This document shows, piece by piece, positions 37,856 to 47,159 of a stretch of DNA of 64,000 nt; the stretch's first letter is position 1; the number at the start of each line of letters is the position of its first letter. Below the pieces are notes generated by a model. That model was not told where the DNA came from. It worked only from the letters and a program-made list of their open reading frames with translations, and did no database searches. Source of the DNA: Alphaproteobacteria bacterium. GTDB lineage: Bacteria > Pseudomonadota > Alphaproteobacteria > Bin95. The DNA is taken from positions 1,216,001-1,280,000 of the forward strand of contig CAXXWS020000002.1 in NCBI GenBank assembly GCA_963665325.3, read 5' to 3'. A program made the translations under genes and the position numbers.

Positions 37856-39451
37856 ATGCAGACCTCACCTCGTAACTGGTTGGCCCGAAGGGCGCGGGGC
37901 ATTGTGCCGGCGGCTGCGCTCGGCCTCGCTCTCGCCTTCCCGGCGGCAGGCCAGACCGAGCTCAATGTGGCCATTCACGCCGACCTGAAGAACATCGACC
38001 CGATCTGGACCACCGCGCTCATCACCAGCAATCACGGCTATGCGGTCTACGACACGCTCTTCGCCACGGACGCGGACTTCAACGTCCAGCCGCAGATGGC
38101 CGAGGGCTACACGGTCAGCGACGACGGTCTCGCCTACACCATCACGCTCCGGGACGGTCTCAACTGGCATGACGGGACGCCGGTTACCGCAAAGGATTGC
38201 GTGGCCTCCATTAACCGCTGGGGACAGCGCGACGTGTTCGGGCAACTCCTCCTCGACCGGACCGACAGCATCGTGGCGGCGGATAACCGCACAATCGTGC
38301 TGACCCTGAAGGAACCGTGGGCGTTGGCCATTGCCGCCCTCGGCAAGAAGAACGCGAACGTTCCCTTCATGATGCCGGAGCGGGTCGCGATGACGGACCC
38401 GCATGAGCAGATCAAGGAGATGATCGGCTCGGGACCCTTCAGGATCCTGGAGGACGAGTGGGTGCCGGGCAGCAGGGTCGTTTACGAGAAGAACGCCGAC
38501 TATGTGCCGCGCAGCGAACCCGCAAGCGAGACGGCGGGCGGCAAGGTCGTCCATTTCGACCGCCTCGTCTGGCAGTACATTCCCGATGCGCAGACCACCG
38601 CGAACGCGCTCGTCGCGGGCGAGATCGACCTGATCGAGAACGTCCCGGCCGACCTTGTGCCGCAGCTCAACGCTGCCGAAGGCATTGCCGTGGAGCCGAC
38701 CGACGGGCTCGGATGGCAGCCTTGGCTGGTGATCAACCACCTGCATCCGCCCTTCGACAATGTGAAGGCCCGCCAGGCCCTCCAGCTCATGGCGGACCAG
38801 GCTACCTACCAGCTGGCGAACAGCTCGCTGGAAGGCTCGTGGCGCACCTGTCCGGCGATGTTCATCTGCGACACGCCGCATGCCAGCGAACTCGGTTCGG
38901 AGCGGCTCATGCAGCAGAATATCGAGGCGGCGAAGAAGCTGCTCGCCGAGTCCGGCTATAACGGCGAGCCCGTCGTTCTCCTGCACCCGACCGACATCCC
39001 GCAGCTTCACTCGGCGAGCCTGGTGAGCGCCGCGCTCCTCAGGGAAATCGGCGTCAATGTGGACGACCAGGCGATGGACTGGTCCACCCTCACCTCGCGC
39101 CGCGCTGAGAAGAAGGCGCCGGCCGACGGCGGCTGGAACCTGTTCCACACGGCATGGCCGGCAAGCATGCTGCTCAACCCGATGATGCATAACGGCGTTT
39201 CCGGCGCGTGCGACGCGGCGTGGTTCGGCTGGCCCTGCGACGACGAGCTCCAGGAGCTCAGGGCGAAGTTCTCCAGAGAATCCGACCCGGAAATGCTGGT
39301 CACGCTTTCCCGGCGGATGCAGGAGCGCGCGATGGAATATGTCACCTACATTCCTCTGGGGCAGTATTTCTTCTACCGCGCCTACCGGGACGAGTTGAGC
39401 GGCGTCATCAAGTCGACCGACGCCTTCTTCTGGAACATCCGGAAGAACTAG
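37856..39451 (+). CDS. ABC transporter substrate-binding protein (family 5, peptide/nickel)
   Basis: Signal peptide, DPIWTTA, VYDTLF, PQMAE, LRDGLNWHDG.PVTA.D, IGSGPF, HPPFDN.KARQA; AAGGAG RBS. Confidence 0.93.
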   Translation: MQTSPRNWLARRARGIVPAAALGLALAFPAAGQTELNVAIHADLKNIDPIWTTALITSNHGYAVYDTLFATDADFNVQPQMAEGYTVSDDGLAYTITLRDGLNWHDGTPVTAKDCVASINRWGQRDVFGQLLLDRTDSIVAADNRTIVLTLKEPWALAIAALGKKNANVPFMMPERVAMTDPHEQIKEMIGSGPFRILEDEWVPGSRVVYEKNADYVPRSEPASETAGGKVVHFDRLVWQYIPDAQTTANALVAGEIDLIENVPADLVPQLNAAEGIAVEPTDGLGWQPWLVINHLHPPFDNVKARQALQLMADQATYQLANSSLEGSWRTCPAMFICDTPHASELGSERLMQQNIEAAKKLLAESGYNGEPVVLLHPTDIPQLHSASLVSAALLREIGVNVDDQAMDWSTLTSRRAEKKAPADGGWNLFHTAWPASMLLNPMMHNGVSGACDAAWFGWPCDDELQELRAKFSRESDPEMLVTLSRRMQERAMEYVTYIPLGQYFFYRAYRDELSGVIKSTDAFFWNIRKN

Positions 39452-39531
39452 ACAGCCGTTGCCGCCGTCCGCCCGTCGCTCCGAAAATGGGGTGGCGAGC
39501 GGGCGGCTATACGGCGCTGGAGAACGAAGCC

Positions 39532-40944
39532 ATGCAGGACGAGGACCTCTGTTTCCGCTCCGCGACGGATCTCGCGGCGGACATTCGCAGCCGCCGCCTC
39601 TCGCCGGTCGAGCTGGCGCGCGCGGTAATCGCCCGGATCGAGGCGCTCAATCCCGCTCTCAACTGCTTCTGCACGCCGACGCCCGAGATCGCGCTGGAGC
39701 AGGCGCAGGCGGCGGAAGAGGCGGTCATGCGCGGCCGACCGCTCGGGCTGCTGCACGGCATTCCCTATTCGATCAAGGACCTTCAGCCGACCAAGGGCGT
39801 GCGCACCATGCGCGGCTCCAAGATCTTCGAGCACAACGTCCCCGAGGACGACACACCCCTTGAGAGGCGCCTCCAGGGCGCCGGCGGCGTGTTTCTCGGC
39901 AAGACGACGAGTCCCGAGTTCGGCTGGAAGGGCGCGACCGACAGCCCCGTCACCGGTATCACCCGCAACCCCTGGAACCTGGAGCGCACGCCAGGAGGCT
40001 CCAGCGGGGGTGCGGCGGCCCAGATTGCGGCGGGGCTCGGGCCGCTCGCCCAGGGCGGCGACGGCGGCGGCTCGATCCGCATACCGTCTTCCTTCGCAGG
40101 CATCTTCGGCATCAAGCCGACGATCGGCCTGGTCCCCTATTTCCCGATGCCGCATAACGGCCTCCTGTCCCATCTCGGCCCGATGACGCGCACCGTATCG
40201 GACGCGGCGCTCATGCTGAGCGCGCTCTCCGGCTACGACCCGGCCGACCGCTTCAGCCAGCCCGGTCCGCCGCAGGATTTCCTTGCCGGCCTGCATGACG
40301 GGGTGGCGGGCGTCAGGGTGTTCTGGAGCCCGACGCTCGGTTATGCCGAGGTGGACCCGGAGGTCGCGGAGGCGACGGCGCGGGCGGCTGCCCGTTTCGC
40401 GGAACTCGGCGCCGAAGTGGAGGAGGGCGATCCCGGCCTCGGCAATGCGACCGACTTCTTCATCGTGCTCTACCAGAGCGCCGTCGCGGGCGGCCTCGTC
40501 CAGTATCTCGACGAATGGGAGGCCGAGATGGACCCGGGCCTCGTGCATATGGTCCGCCGCGGCATGGAATACAGCGCGGTCGACTACGTGCAGGCCCGCA
40601 TCGAGCGGCTCGCCTTCTGCGACCGGCTGGCCCGGTTCTTCGAGACTTACGACCTGCTCCTCACGCCCGCGACCGCCGTCCCCGCATTCCCGGTCGGGCA
40701 GGTGGCGCCAGAGCCGGGCCGCTTCGAGGCGGAAGACCTGTTTGCGTGGACGCCGTTCAGCTTCCCGTTCAACGCGACCGGCAATCCGGCTGCGAGCGTG
40801 CCATGCGGATTCACCCGGGATGGGCTCCCGATGGGGCTCCAGATCGTCGGACGCCTCCATGAGGACCGGCGCGTATTGCAGGCCGCCGCCGCATTCGAGC
40901 GGATTGCGCCCTGGGCCGACCGCCGGCCCATGCTGCAGGCCTAG
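39532..40944 (+). CDS. Amidase (amidase signature family)
   Basis: LHGIPYSIKD, GKTTSPEFG, TRNPW, PGGSSGGAAA, DGGGSIRIP, GLPMGLQIVG. Confidence 0.95.
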   Translation: MQDEDLCFRSATDLAADIRSRRLSPVELARAVIARIEALNPALNCFCTPTPEIALEQAQAAEEAVMRGRPLGLLHGIPYSIKDLQPTKGVRTMRGSKIFEHNVPEDDTPLERRLQGAGGVFLGKTTSPEFGWKGATDSPVTGITRNPWNLERTPGGSSGGAAAQIAAGLGPLAQGGDGGGSIRIPSSFAGIFGIKPTIGLVPYFPMPHNGLLSHLGPMTRTVSDAALMLSALSGYDPADRFSQPGPPQDFLAGLHDGVAGVRVFWSPTLGYAEVDPEVAEATARAAARFAELGAEVEEGDPGLGNATDFFIVLYQSAVAGGLVQYLDEWEAEMDPGLVHMVRRGMEYSAVDYVQARIERLAFCDRLARFFETYDLLLTPATAVPAFPVGQVAPEPGRFEAEDLFAWTPFSFPFNATGNPAASVPCGFTRDGLPMGLQIVGRLHEDRRVLQAAAAFERIAPWADRRPMLQA

Positions 40945-40983
40945 CGCGGGACCCCTTCGGGCTGGAATGGAAGTCCGGCTGTC

Positions 40984-41119
40984 CCCTTCGACAAGCTCAG
41001 GACAGGCTCCTTCGATACGCCGCTTCGCGGCTACTCAGGATGAGGGATTTTCCGAAGCCCCGCCCGGTCCTTCCCCTCACCCTGAGTAGCGCCCGCGCCA
41101 GCGGGTGCGTATCGAAGGG
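40984..41119. repeat. REP/REPIN-like inverted pair between convergent genes
   Basis: ccttcgatacgc...gctactcaggatgaggg (41009-41046) is inverted-complementary to ccctcaccctgagtagc...gcgtatcgaagg (41074-41118); related unit cccttcgacaagctcagga at 40984. Confidence 0.75.
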
Positions 41120-41130
41120 CGGCCGCCGCT

Positions 41131-41757
41131 CTAGTAGATCGTCTTCTCCAGCTCTGCCGAATAGGCGCGGTCCCAGGCTGTCGCCTCGAACTCGCCTTCC
41201 GTGTCCAGGGCCTGCATGATCTGGCCAAGCGTCGGCAGGGAGTCGCGGGGCACGCGCGTTTCCGGGCGCCAGAGACGAGAGCGGACGAGCGCTTTCGGAC
41301 ACTGGATATAGACCCGGTCCACGGCGATCGAGAGCACGCTGCGCGGCAACTGCCCCCTCATCTCGAATCGCTTCAGCAATTCCGGGTCGGTGCCGATGCG
41401 CGCGCGCCCGTTGATGCGCAGCGTCTCGCCCACGCCGGGAATGAGGAAGAGCAGCGAGACGCGCGGGTCCCGGACGATGTTGCGCAGGCTGTCGAGCCGG
41501 TTGTTGCCGCGCCGGTCGGGCAGCAGCACGGTCTTCGGGTCCTGCACCTGGACGAACCCCGCCGGGTCGCCGCGCGGGCTGCAATCGAGCCCTTCCGGCC
41601 CGACCGTCGCCAGCACCGCGAAGGGCGCCGCGTCGATGAAGGCGCGGTAATGGTCGGAGATGTGGTCGATTTCCTTGAGGATCGCGCGCCGCTTGGGAGG
41701 CATCTCGTAGAGCGCCTCCAGTTCGGCTTCGCTCTCGATCCATCCGTTCGACTGCAT
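41131..41757 (-). CDS. Pyridoxamine 5'-phosphate oxidase-like FMN-binding protein (MSMEG_1061 type)
   Basis: FIDAAPF..LAT, DCSPRGD..GFV, LPDRRGNNRLDSLRN, LLFLIPG..ETLRING.A, QCPKALVRS.LW. Confidence 0.9.
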   Translation of the reverse strand: MQSNGWIESEAELEALYEMPPKRRAILKEIDHISDHYRAFIDAAPFAVLATVGPEGLDCSPRGDPAGFVQVQDPKTVLLPDRRGNNRLDSLRNIVRDPRVSLLFLIPGVGETLRINGRARIGTDPELLKRFEMRGQLPRSVLSIAVDRVYIQCPKALVRSRLWRPETRVPRDSLPTLGQIMQALDTEGEFEATAWDRAYSAELEKTIY

Positions 41758-41789
41758 GGCGTTTCCTTCCCTGGGCAGGGTCCCGTCCA

Positions 41790-42710
41790 TCATGCCATCG
41801 GCATCCCGGAATGGACGCTGCGGGAGTTTGCGATTTCGAAGAACTGGCCGGAAAGCGACGGCATGGCGATGTCCCCTATCGTTTCCGGCGTCCAGTTGCC
41901 GTTGCGGTGGACCGTGCGCACCGGGCGGGAATGGCCGTAGAGCGTGAGCTCGCCGGCGCGCTGGTGGAACACCTGGCCGTTGACATAGCCTGCGTCTTCC
42001 GAGGCAAGGAATGTGCAGAGCGGCGCGATGGCGTCCGCCCGGCTGAGGGTCAACCGCTCGTCCCGGATCGCCGCGGCCTTCGGGTCCTTGGGCGCCGGCA
42101 CGCTGCGGGTCATGCGGGTATCGGCCGAGGGCGCGATGACATTCGCGGTGACATTCTTCGATGCGTTCTCCATGGCCACGATGCGCGCAAGCGCGACGAT
42201 GCCGAGCTTGGCCGCGCCGTAATTCGCCTGGCCGATATTGCCGAGCAGTCCGGAGGTCGAGGAGACCATGATGATGCGCCCGTATTCCTGCTCGCGGAAC
42301 AGGTTGATCGCTGCCCGGTTGACATTGAAATGGCCGGTGAGATGAACGTCGATGACCGCCTGCCAGTCGTCCGGCGACATCTTGTGGAACATGCGGTCGC
42401 GCAGAATGCCGGCGGGATTGAAGACGATATGCAGCCCGCCGAATTCGTCGCGCGCCTGCTGCACCATGTCGAGGCAGTTCTCGAAACTCGCGACCGAGCC
42501 GAAATTCGCGGCCGCCCGGCCTCCCGCCGCCCTGATCTCGTCCACGATCGCCTGGGCAGGGGTTTGGTCGCCGCCCTCGCCGCCACCGCCGACGCCGGGA
42601 TCGTTGACAATGACGCTCGCGCCGTTCGCCGCCATCATCTTTGCGACTTCAGCGCCGACGCCGCGTCCCGAACCGGTGCAGATCGCAACCCGCCCATCCA
42701 GCATTCCCAT
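41790..42710 (-). CDS. Short-chain dehydrogenase (hydroxyacyl-CoA dehydrogenase/MFE-2-like)
   Basis: TGSGRGVG, VIVND.G, AGILRD, GQANYGAAK, TRMT. Confidence 0.92.
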   Translation of the reverse strand: MGMLDGRVAICTGSGRGVGAEVAKMMAANGASVIVNDPGVGGGGEGGDQTPAQAIVDEIRAAGGRAAANFGSVASFENCLDMVQQARDEFGGLHIVFNPAGILRDRMFHKMSPDDWQAVIDVHLTGHFNVNRAAINLFREQEYGRIIMVSSTSGLLGNIGQANYGAAKLGIVALARIVAMENASKNVTANVIAPSADTRMTRSVPAPKDPKAAAIRDERLTLSRADAIAPLCTFLASEDAGYVNGQVFHQRAGELTLYGHSRPVRTVHRNGNWTPETIGDIAMPSLSGQFFEIANSRSVHSGMPMA

Positions 42711-42835
42711 AGAACCGTCTCCCCTCGCTGTTTGCCGCGGCCTCACGCCCCGCCGGGATTGTCGGGCCTGTCGCCCCGGCTGTCAAAACCGGCGGCGGCC
42801 GCTTCCGCCCCCTTGTCTTGGGGAGGCCCCGCGAT

Positions 42836-43230
42836 GTGTCATGAAATGTCATGCGATGTCATGAGGCCCACCCCGGCAGGATGTGATGAAGTGTCATGTT
42901 TCGTCATGTTCCGGCGTGCTGCGCGGCCTCCGCCCGTCCTGCCGAAGCTTCGTTCGCCCCTGTCCCGCATGCCGTTCCTCCATCGCGTTTCGTTCCACTC
43001 CGTTCCGCTCTGCCCGCCGCCGATGCTCCGGCTGGGCGGAACCCTTTTCCGCGCGTATCGCGCGCGCGAGGCGCAGGGCACATTTCTCCCGCGCGTTTCT
43101 TCAGGTTTTTTTCGCGCCGGCGCGAACCGGAAGGCGAGGCGGCCCCGCCGGATGCCGCTTCCTTCCTCCTGGTCTATTGTAGCACTGTTTTTCTGAGATC
43201 AAGCCTATTGAAGGACTTATTTCAAAAAAA
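42836..43230 (-). repeat. Dispersed non-coding element, copy 2 (inverted relative to copy 1)
   Basis: Reverse complement reproduces copy 1 head (tttttgaaataa...ataggcttgatctcagaaaaacagtgcta..atagaccaggaggaagg...) and tail (GTCATG at 42838, 42848, 42858, 42893, 42903). Confidence 0.9.
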
Positions 43231-43400
43231 CATGAACAAGACTTCGCTTCCGGACAGCGCCGGCGCGAGCCGAAACGCGGCGTAACGGCCTGAGTCATCC
43301 GCAACGGCCGCGATCTGGCTGCCGCGGCGAGGACTGCACCTTCGGCCGAGCCGGGCAAGCAGGCCTTCGCGAGCCTGCCTGCTGCTGCCGATTACCCGTC

Positions 43401-44096
43401 TCAGAAACGGAACAGGAGCCCCACTTCCAGACTGTGCGCCCCGTAACTTGCCTCGATACCGTCGAAATCGGCGTCCGAGGTGGCGAAGTAACGGTAGCCA
43501 AGCCGGACGTCCGTATTGTCCGACATCGGATAGGAGAGCCCCGCCATCAACTGGAAGCCAGTCACGACATCGCTCTCCGAAACCTCCGGGGTGGTAACGG
43601 AGTCGCCGTCGCTGTCAAACGTAGTTGCGTCGAATGAACCTTCATGCTGAACGATACCTACCCCTGCGCCGATATACGGACGCACACCCCACGACACCTC
43701 GAAGTCCACGAAACCGTTCGCCATCAAGCTGATCGAGCGCAAGTCTCCCGGAAGGGGGATGTTGGTGTCCACGGAAACAGTGCTTCCGCCCTCGGACACG
43801 CTGACGCCGGAAAGGTTGTCCCATCCCGTATTCCGGTAGCCGAGTTCGATTTCGCCGCGCAGCCCTCCCGAAGCAACATAGCCGACGGCGGCGGTCAGGC
43901 CGATGCCGCCGTCCATTTCGATCTCGCTCCCGATAGTCGAACCGTCGATTTCAGCCGATAGGCTGGAATCGGTAGGCACCACGTACATCCCGCCTATCGA
44001 TGCATAGAAACCGGAGCTGTCCGATTGCGCAGCCGCCGTCACCGGCGCGAAGGCGAGCGCACCGAAGATTGCAAAGGTCCGGATTCTCACTTTCAT
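43401..44096 (-). CDS. Outer-membrane beta-barrel protein (OmpA-like TM/opacity-porin family)
   Basis: Signal peptide AAA-Q, GFYASIGG, GLRGEIELGYR, SLMANG, PYIGAGVG, GYRYF, terminal Phe; AGGAG RBS. Confidence 0.9.
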   Translation of the reverse strand: MKVRIRTFAIFGALAFAPVTAAAQSDSSGFYASIGGMYVVPTDSSLSAEIDGSTIGSEIEMDGGIGLTAAVGYVASGGLRGEIELGYRNTGWDNLSGVSVSEGGSTVSVDTNIPLPGDLRSISLMANGFVDFEVSWGVRPYIGAGVGIVQHEGSFDATTFDSDGDSVTTPEVSESDVVTGFQLMAGLSYPMSDNTDVRLGYRYFATSDADFDGIEASYGAHSLEVGLLFRF

Positions 44097-44145
44097 GGAA
44101 TTCTCCTGAAGCCTGTGTTGGATCGTTTGAGCCGCCGCCCCTTGA

Positions 44146-44239
44146 AAGGGGTGCGACGAAGCATGAAATACTATAATAGATATACTAAATGAACATATCT
44201 ATAGAATTAATATTCATTTCCATTACGATCGCACCCCTT
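44146..44239. promoter_or_regulatory. AT-rich promoter-like segment bounded by perfect 11-bp inverted repeats
   Basis: AAGGGGTGCGA (44146-44156) and TCGCACCCCTT (44229-44239) flank 72 AT-rich bp containing TATAAT at 44172-44177. Confidence 0.6.
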
Positions 44240-44487
44240 CGGCGGATTTGACAACCGGGGCCTACATTCCCCGTCCACCGCCATCGCCACGAACGCCGCA
44301 ACAACCCAACCCCCTTCGCCTCCGAACGCGCGCGGGTCGAACACCTGTTCGCCCTATACGAAAGGATGCGCGCGCCGCTGGAGGCGGGGATGCGGGGGAA
44401 ACGGCGGCGGCAGGCTCTTGGCCGGACGGGCCCTCGGCGGGGGCATTAATGTATTGATTCTGTATATTTTTGACGCAAATTGGGAAA

Positions 44488-44751
44488 ATGGCCTTCGAAT
44501 TCGACCCGGACAAGAGCGTGGCGAACGAGGCGAAACAGGGCATCGGCTTCGACGATGCACAGGCGTTGTGGGACGACCCCTGGCTGCTCGAAGCGCCGGC
44601 GCGGACAGTCGATGAGCAGCGTTTCATAGTCGTCGGAAGGATCGGAGGGCGACATTGGTCGGCAATCTGCACGCGCCGCGGCGACCGCATACGGCTTATC
44701 TCGGTGCGCCGCGCCCGCAAGGAGGAGGTGGAACGCTATGAAAGCGCATGA
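44488..44751 (+). CDS. BrnT-family toxin
   Basis: FEFDPDK...NEAKQGIGF.DA..LWDD, EQRF..VGRI, RIRLISVRRAR..EV..YE. Confidence 0.9.
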   Translation: MAFEFDPDKSVANEAKQGIGFDDAQALWDDPWLLEAPARTVDEQRFIVVGRIGGRHWSAICTRRGDRIRLISVRRARKEEVERYESA

Positions 44752-44962
44752 ATTCGACCGCGCATTCGACGACGCGGAGGATGTGAGCGCGCATGTGGAC
44801 TGGTCCGGAGCGCGTCGGGTCAATCTGGGGACCAGGCGGGTCAATGTGGACTTCCCGGCCTGGGTCGTCGCCGCTCTGGACCGGCAGGCGAGGCTGCGCG
44901 GCGTTCCCCGGCAGTCGCTCATCAAGCTCTGGATCGCCGACCGGCTGGAAAACCTCGACTGA
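44738..44962 (+). CDS. BrnA/CopG-like antitoxin
   Basis: EFDRAFD, RRVNVDFPAW....LDR.A...GV.RQSLIKLWIADRL; overlaps the toxin stop. Confidence 0.88.
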   Translation: MKAHEFDRAFDDAEDVSAHVDWSGARRVNLGTRRVNVDFPAWVVAALDRQARLRGVPRQSLIKLWIADRLENLD

Positions 44963-45153
44963 GCCCGCGCCGCCCACCCGGAAGCAAGCCGGGCGGAGTT
45001 CTAGGACCCCGAAACCTCGGCCACGCACGCTGCAACCTGGATCGAGTCGACGGTTGCCTCACTTCTTCTTCGGCGGCGGATCCGAGGCCCTGCGCGCCCA
45101 TTCCGGCGGAGGGGGCGGTGGCGACGGGGCCGCGCGCGGGAACCGGCAGCCGC

Positions 45154-47112
45154 TCAGACGTCCAGTTCGCCCGCGAATTCGGCGTTTGCCTGGATGAAGG
45201 CGAGGCGGTGGCGGGGGTTGCGGCCCATCAGCCGTTCCACCGTCTCCAGCGATTCCTCCGGCTCCAACTCCACCCGCAGCAGGCAGCGGCGGTCCGGGTC
45301 CATGGTGGTCTCGCGAAGCTGGCCGGGCGGCATCTCGCCGAGACCCTTGAACCGCGAAATCTCGACCTTGCGCCGGCCCTTGAAGGTCGACTCCATCAGC
45401 TCGATCCGGTGTCCGTCGTCGCGCGCATAGGCGGTGGTTCCGCCCGCGCTCAACCGGTAGAGCGGCGGACGGGCGAGGTAGAGGTGCCCTTTCTCGATCA
45501 GCTCCGGCATCTCGCACAGGAAATAGGTCATCAGCAGCGAGGCGATATGTGCGCCGTCCACATCCGCGTCCGTCATGATGATGACGCGCTCATAGCGCAA
45601 CTCTTCGTCGCAATAGTCCACGCCGGTGCCGCATCCGAGCGCCAGCTTCAGGTCCGCGATTTCCCGGTTAGCGCGCAGCTTGTCGTCCGTGGCGTTCGCG
45701 ACATTCAGGATCTTGCCGCGCAAGGGCAGGATGGCCTGCGTCTCGCGCCGGCGCGCCTGTTTCGCGGACCCGCCTGCGGAATCGCCCTCGACCAGGAATA
45801 TCTCCGTGCCGTCGCGCTCGCGCCTGGAGCAGTCGGTGAGCTTGCCGGGCAGGCGCGCGCGCCGGTTGCCGTTGGCCTTGCGCTTGAGGTCCCGCTCGTC
45901 GCGCCGGCGCCGGCGCTCCTCCGCGCGCTCGACGGCGAAGGCGGCGACCGCGTCCGCGGCGGCGGTATCGGCCGCGAGCCAGTGGTCGAACCGGTCCTTG
46001 ACCGTCTGCTCGACGAGGCGAAGCGTTTCCGGGCTTTCCAGCTTTTCCTTGGTCTGGCCCTGGAATTGCGGGTTGCGGATGAACACGGACAGCATGACGC
46101 CCGCGCCGCCAATGGCGTCTTCCGCATTGATCCGGCTCGCCTTGCGGTTGCCGACACGCTCGCCATGGGCGCGCAGGCCCCGCATCAGCGCCTGGCGCAG
46201 GCCGGCCTCGTGGCTGCCGCCGAGCGCCGTGGGAATCGTGTTGCAATAGGTGTGGGAGAAACCTTCGCCGTCGGCGAGCCAGGCGATCGCCCATTCGACC
46301 CTGCCGGCGCCTTCCGGGAAATCCGCCTCACCGGTGAAGGCACGGTCCGCGATGCGCCCCCGCTCCCCGGTCGAAAGGTCGAGGAAATCCGCGAGGCCGC
46401 CCGGAAAATGCAGTTCGGCCTCCGCAGGCACCTCGGAATTCGCCGCCAGCCAGTGCGGATCGCAGCGCCAGAGAATGCGCACGCCGCCGAACAGGCAGGC
46501 CTTCGACCGGGCCATCCGAAACAGCCGCTCGGGCCGGAACCGGACTGCGCGACCGAAGATGTCCGTGTCGGGCCTGAAGCGCACCGTCGTGCCGCGCCGG
46601 TTGCGGGAAATCCCGACCTTCTCCAGCTGTGAGGTCGGCTCGCCCCTAGCGTAGCTCTGCCGCCACAATATGCGGTCCCGCGCCACCTCCACGACAAGTT
46701 CCGCCGCCAGCGCGTTGACGACCGAAACGCCGACCCCGTGCAGGCCGCCGGCCGCGCGATAGGTCCTGTCGTCGAACTTGGCGCCGGAGTGGAGCGTCGT
46801 CATGATGACTTCCAGCGCCGACCGGCCGTCGAATTTGGGGTGCGGTTCGACCGGGATGCCGCGCCCGTTGTCCCGGACCTCGACCCAGCCTTCGCTGTCC
46901 AGCGAGAACTCGATGCGGTCGGCATGACCCGCAATCGCCTCGTCCATGGCGTTGTCGAGCAATTCTGCCGCAAGATGGTGCAGCCCGGATTCGTCGGTCG
47001 ATCCGATATACATCCCCGGCCGCCGCCGCACAGGCTCCAGACCCTCGAGCACCTCGACATGCTCGGCGGTGTATTCGTCGTCGACTGCGGCTTGCTGGAA
47101 CAGATTCGCCAT
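45154..47112 (-). CDS. parE: DNA topoisomerase IV subunit B
   Basis: VLEGLEPVRRRPGMYIG, DNAMDEA, DNGRGIP, GGLHGVGVSVVNAL, LPGKLTDC, VEGDSAGGSAKQAR, PLRGKILN, MTDADVDG, RFKGLGEM; lacks the GyrB insert. Confidence 0.93.
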   Translation of the reverse strand: MANLFQQAAVDDEYTAEHVEVLEGLEPVRRRPGMYIGSTDESGLHHLAAELLDNAMDEAIAGHADRIEFSLDSEGWVEVRDNGRGIPVEPHPKFDGRSALEVIMTTLHSGAKFDDRTYRAAGGLHGVGVSVVNALAAELVVEVARDRILWRQSYARGEPTSQLEKVGISRNRRGTTVRFRPDTDIFGRAVRFRPERLFRMARSKACLFGGVRILWRCDPHWLAANSEVPAEAELHFPGGLADFLDLSTGERGRIADRAFTGEADFPEGAGRVEWAIAWLADGEGFSHTYCNTIPTALGGSHEAGLRQALMRGLRAHGERVGNRKASRINAEDAIGGAGVMLSVFIRNPQFQGQTKEKLESPETLRLVEQTVKDRFDHWLAADTAAADAVAAFAVERAEERRRRRDERDLKRKANGNRRARLPGKLTDCSRRERDGTEIFLVEGDSAGGSAKQARRRETQAILPLRGKILNVANATDDKLRANREIADLKLALGCGTGVDYCDEELRYERVIIMTDADVDGAHIASLLMTYFLCEMPELIEKGHLYLARPPLYRLSAGGTTAYARDDGHRIELMESTFKGRRKVEISRFKGLGEMPPGQLRETTMDPDRRCLLRVELEPEESLETVERLMGRNPRHRLAFIQANAEFAGELDV

Positions 47113-47159
47113 CGGGTCCGTTCGGGTCGAAGCGGTCACGCCTCCCGTTACTCCCGATT

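Noticed and set aside
44338-44351. CGAAC-ACCT-GTTCG palindrome resembling a Gram-positive LexA box upstream of brnT
   Set aside because: Alphaproteobacterial LexA recognises GTTC-N7-GTTC direct repeats; this is more simply part of a local hairpin.
45059-45150. Pro-rich minus-strand tail ...PPPPPPEWARRASDPPPKKK after parE
   Set aside because: No independent start; the rest of the ORF overlaps parE in another frame; cannot support a gene or frameshift.
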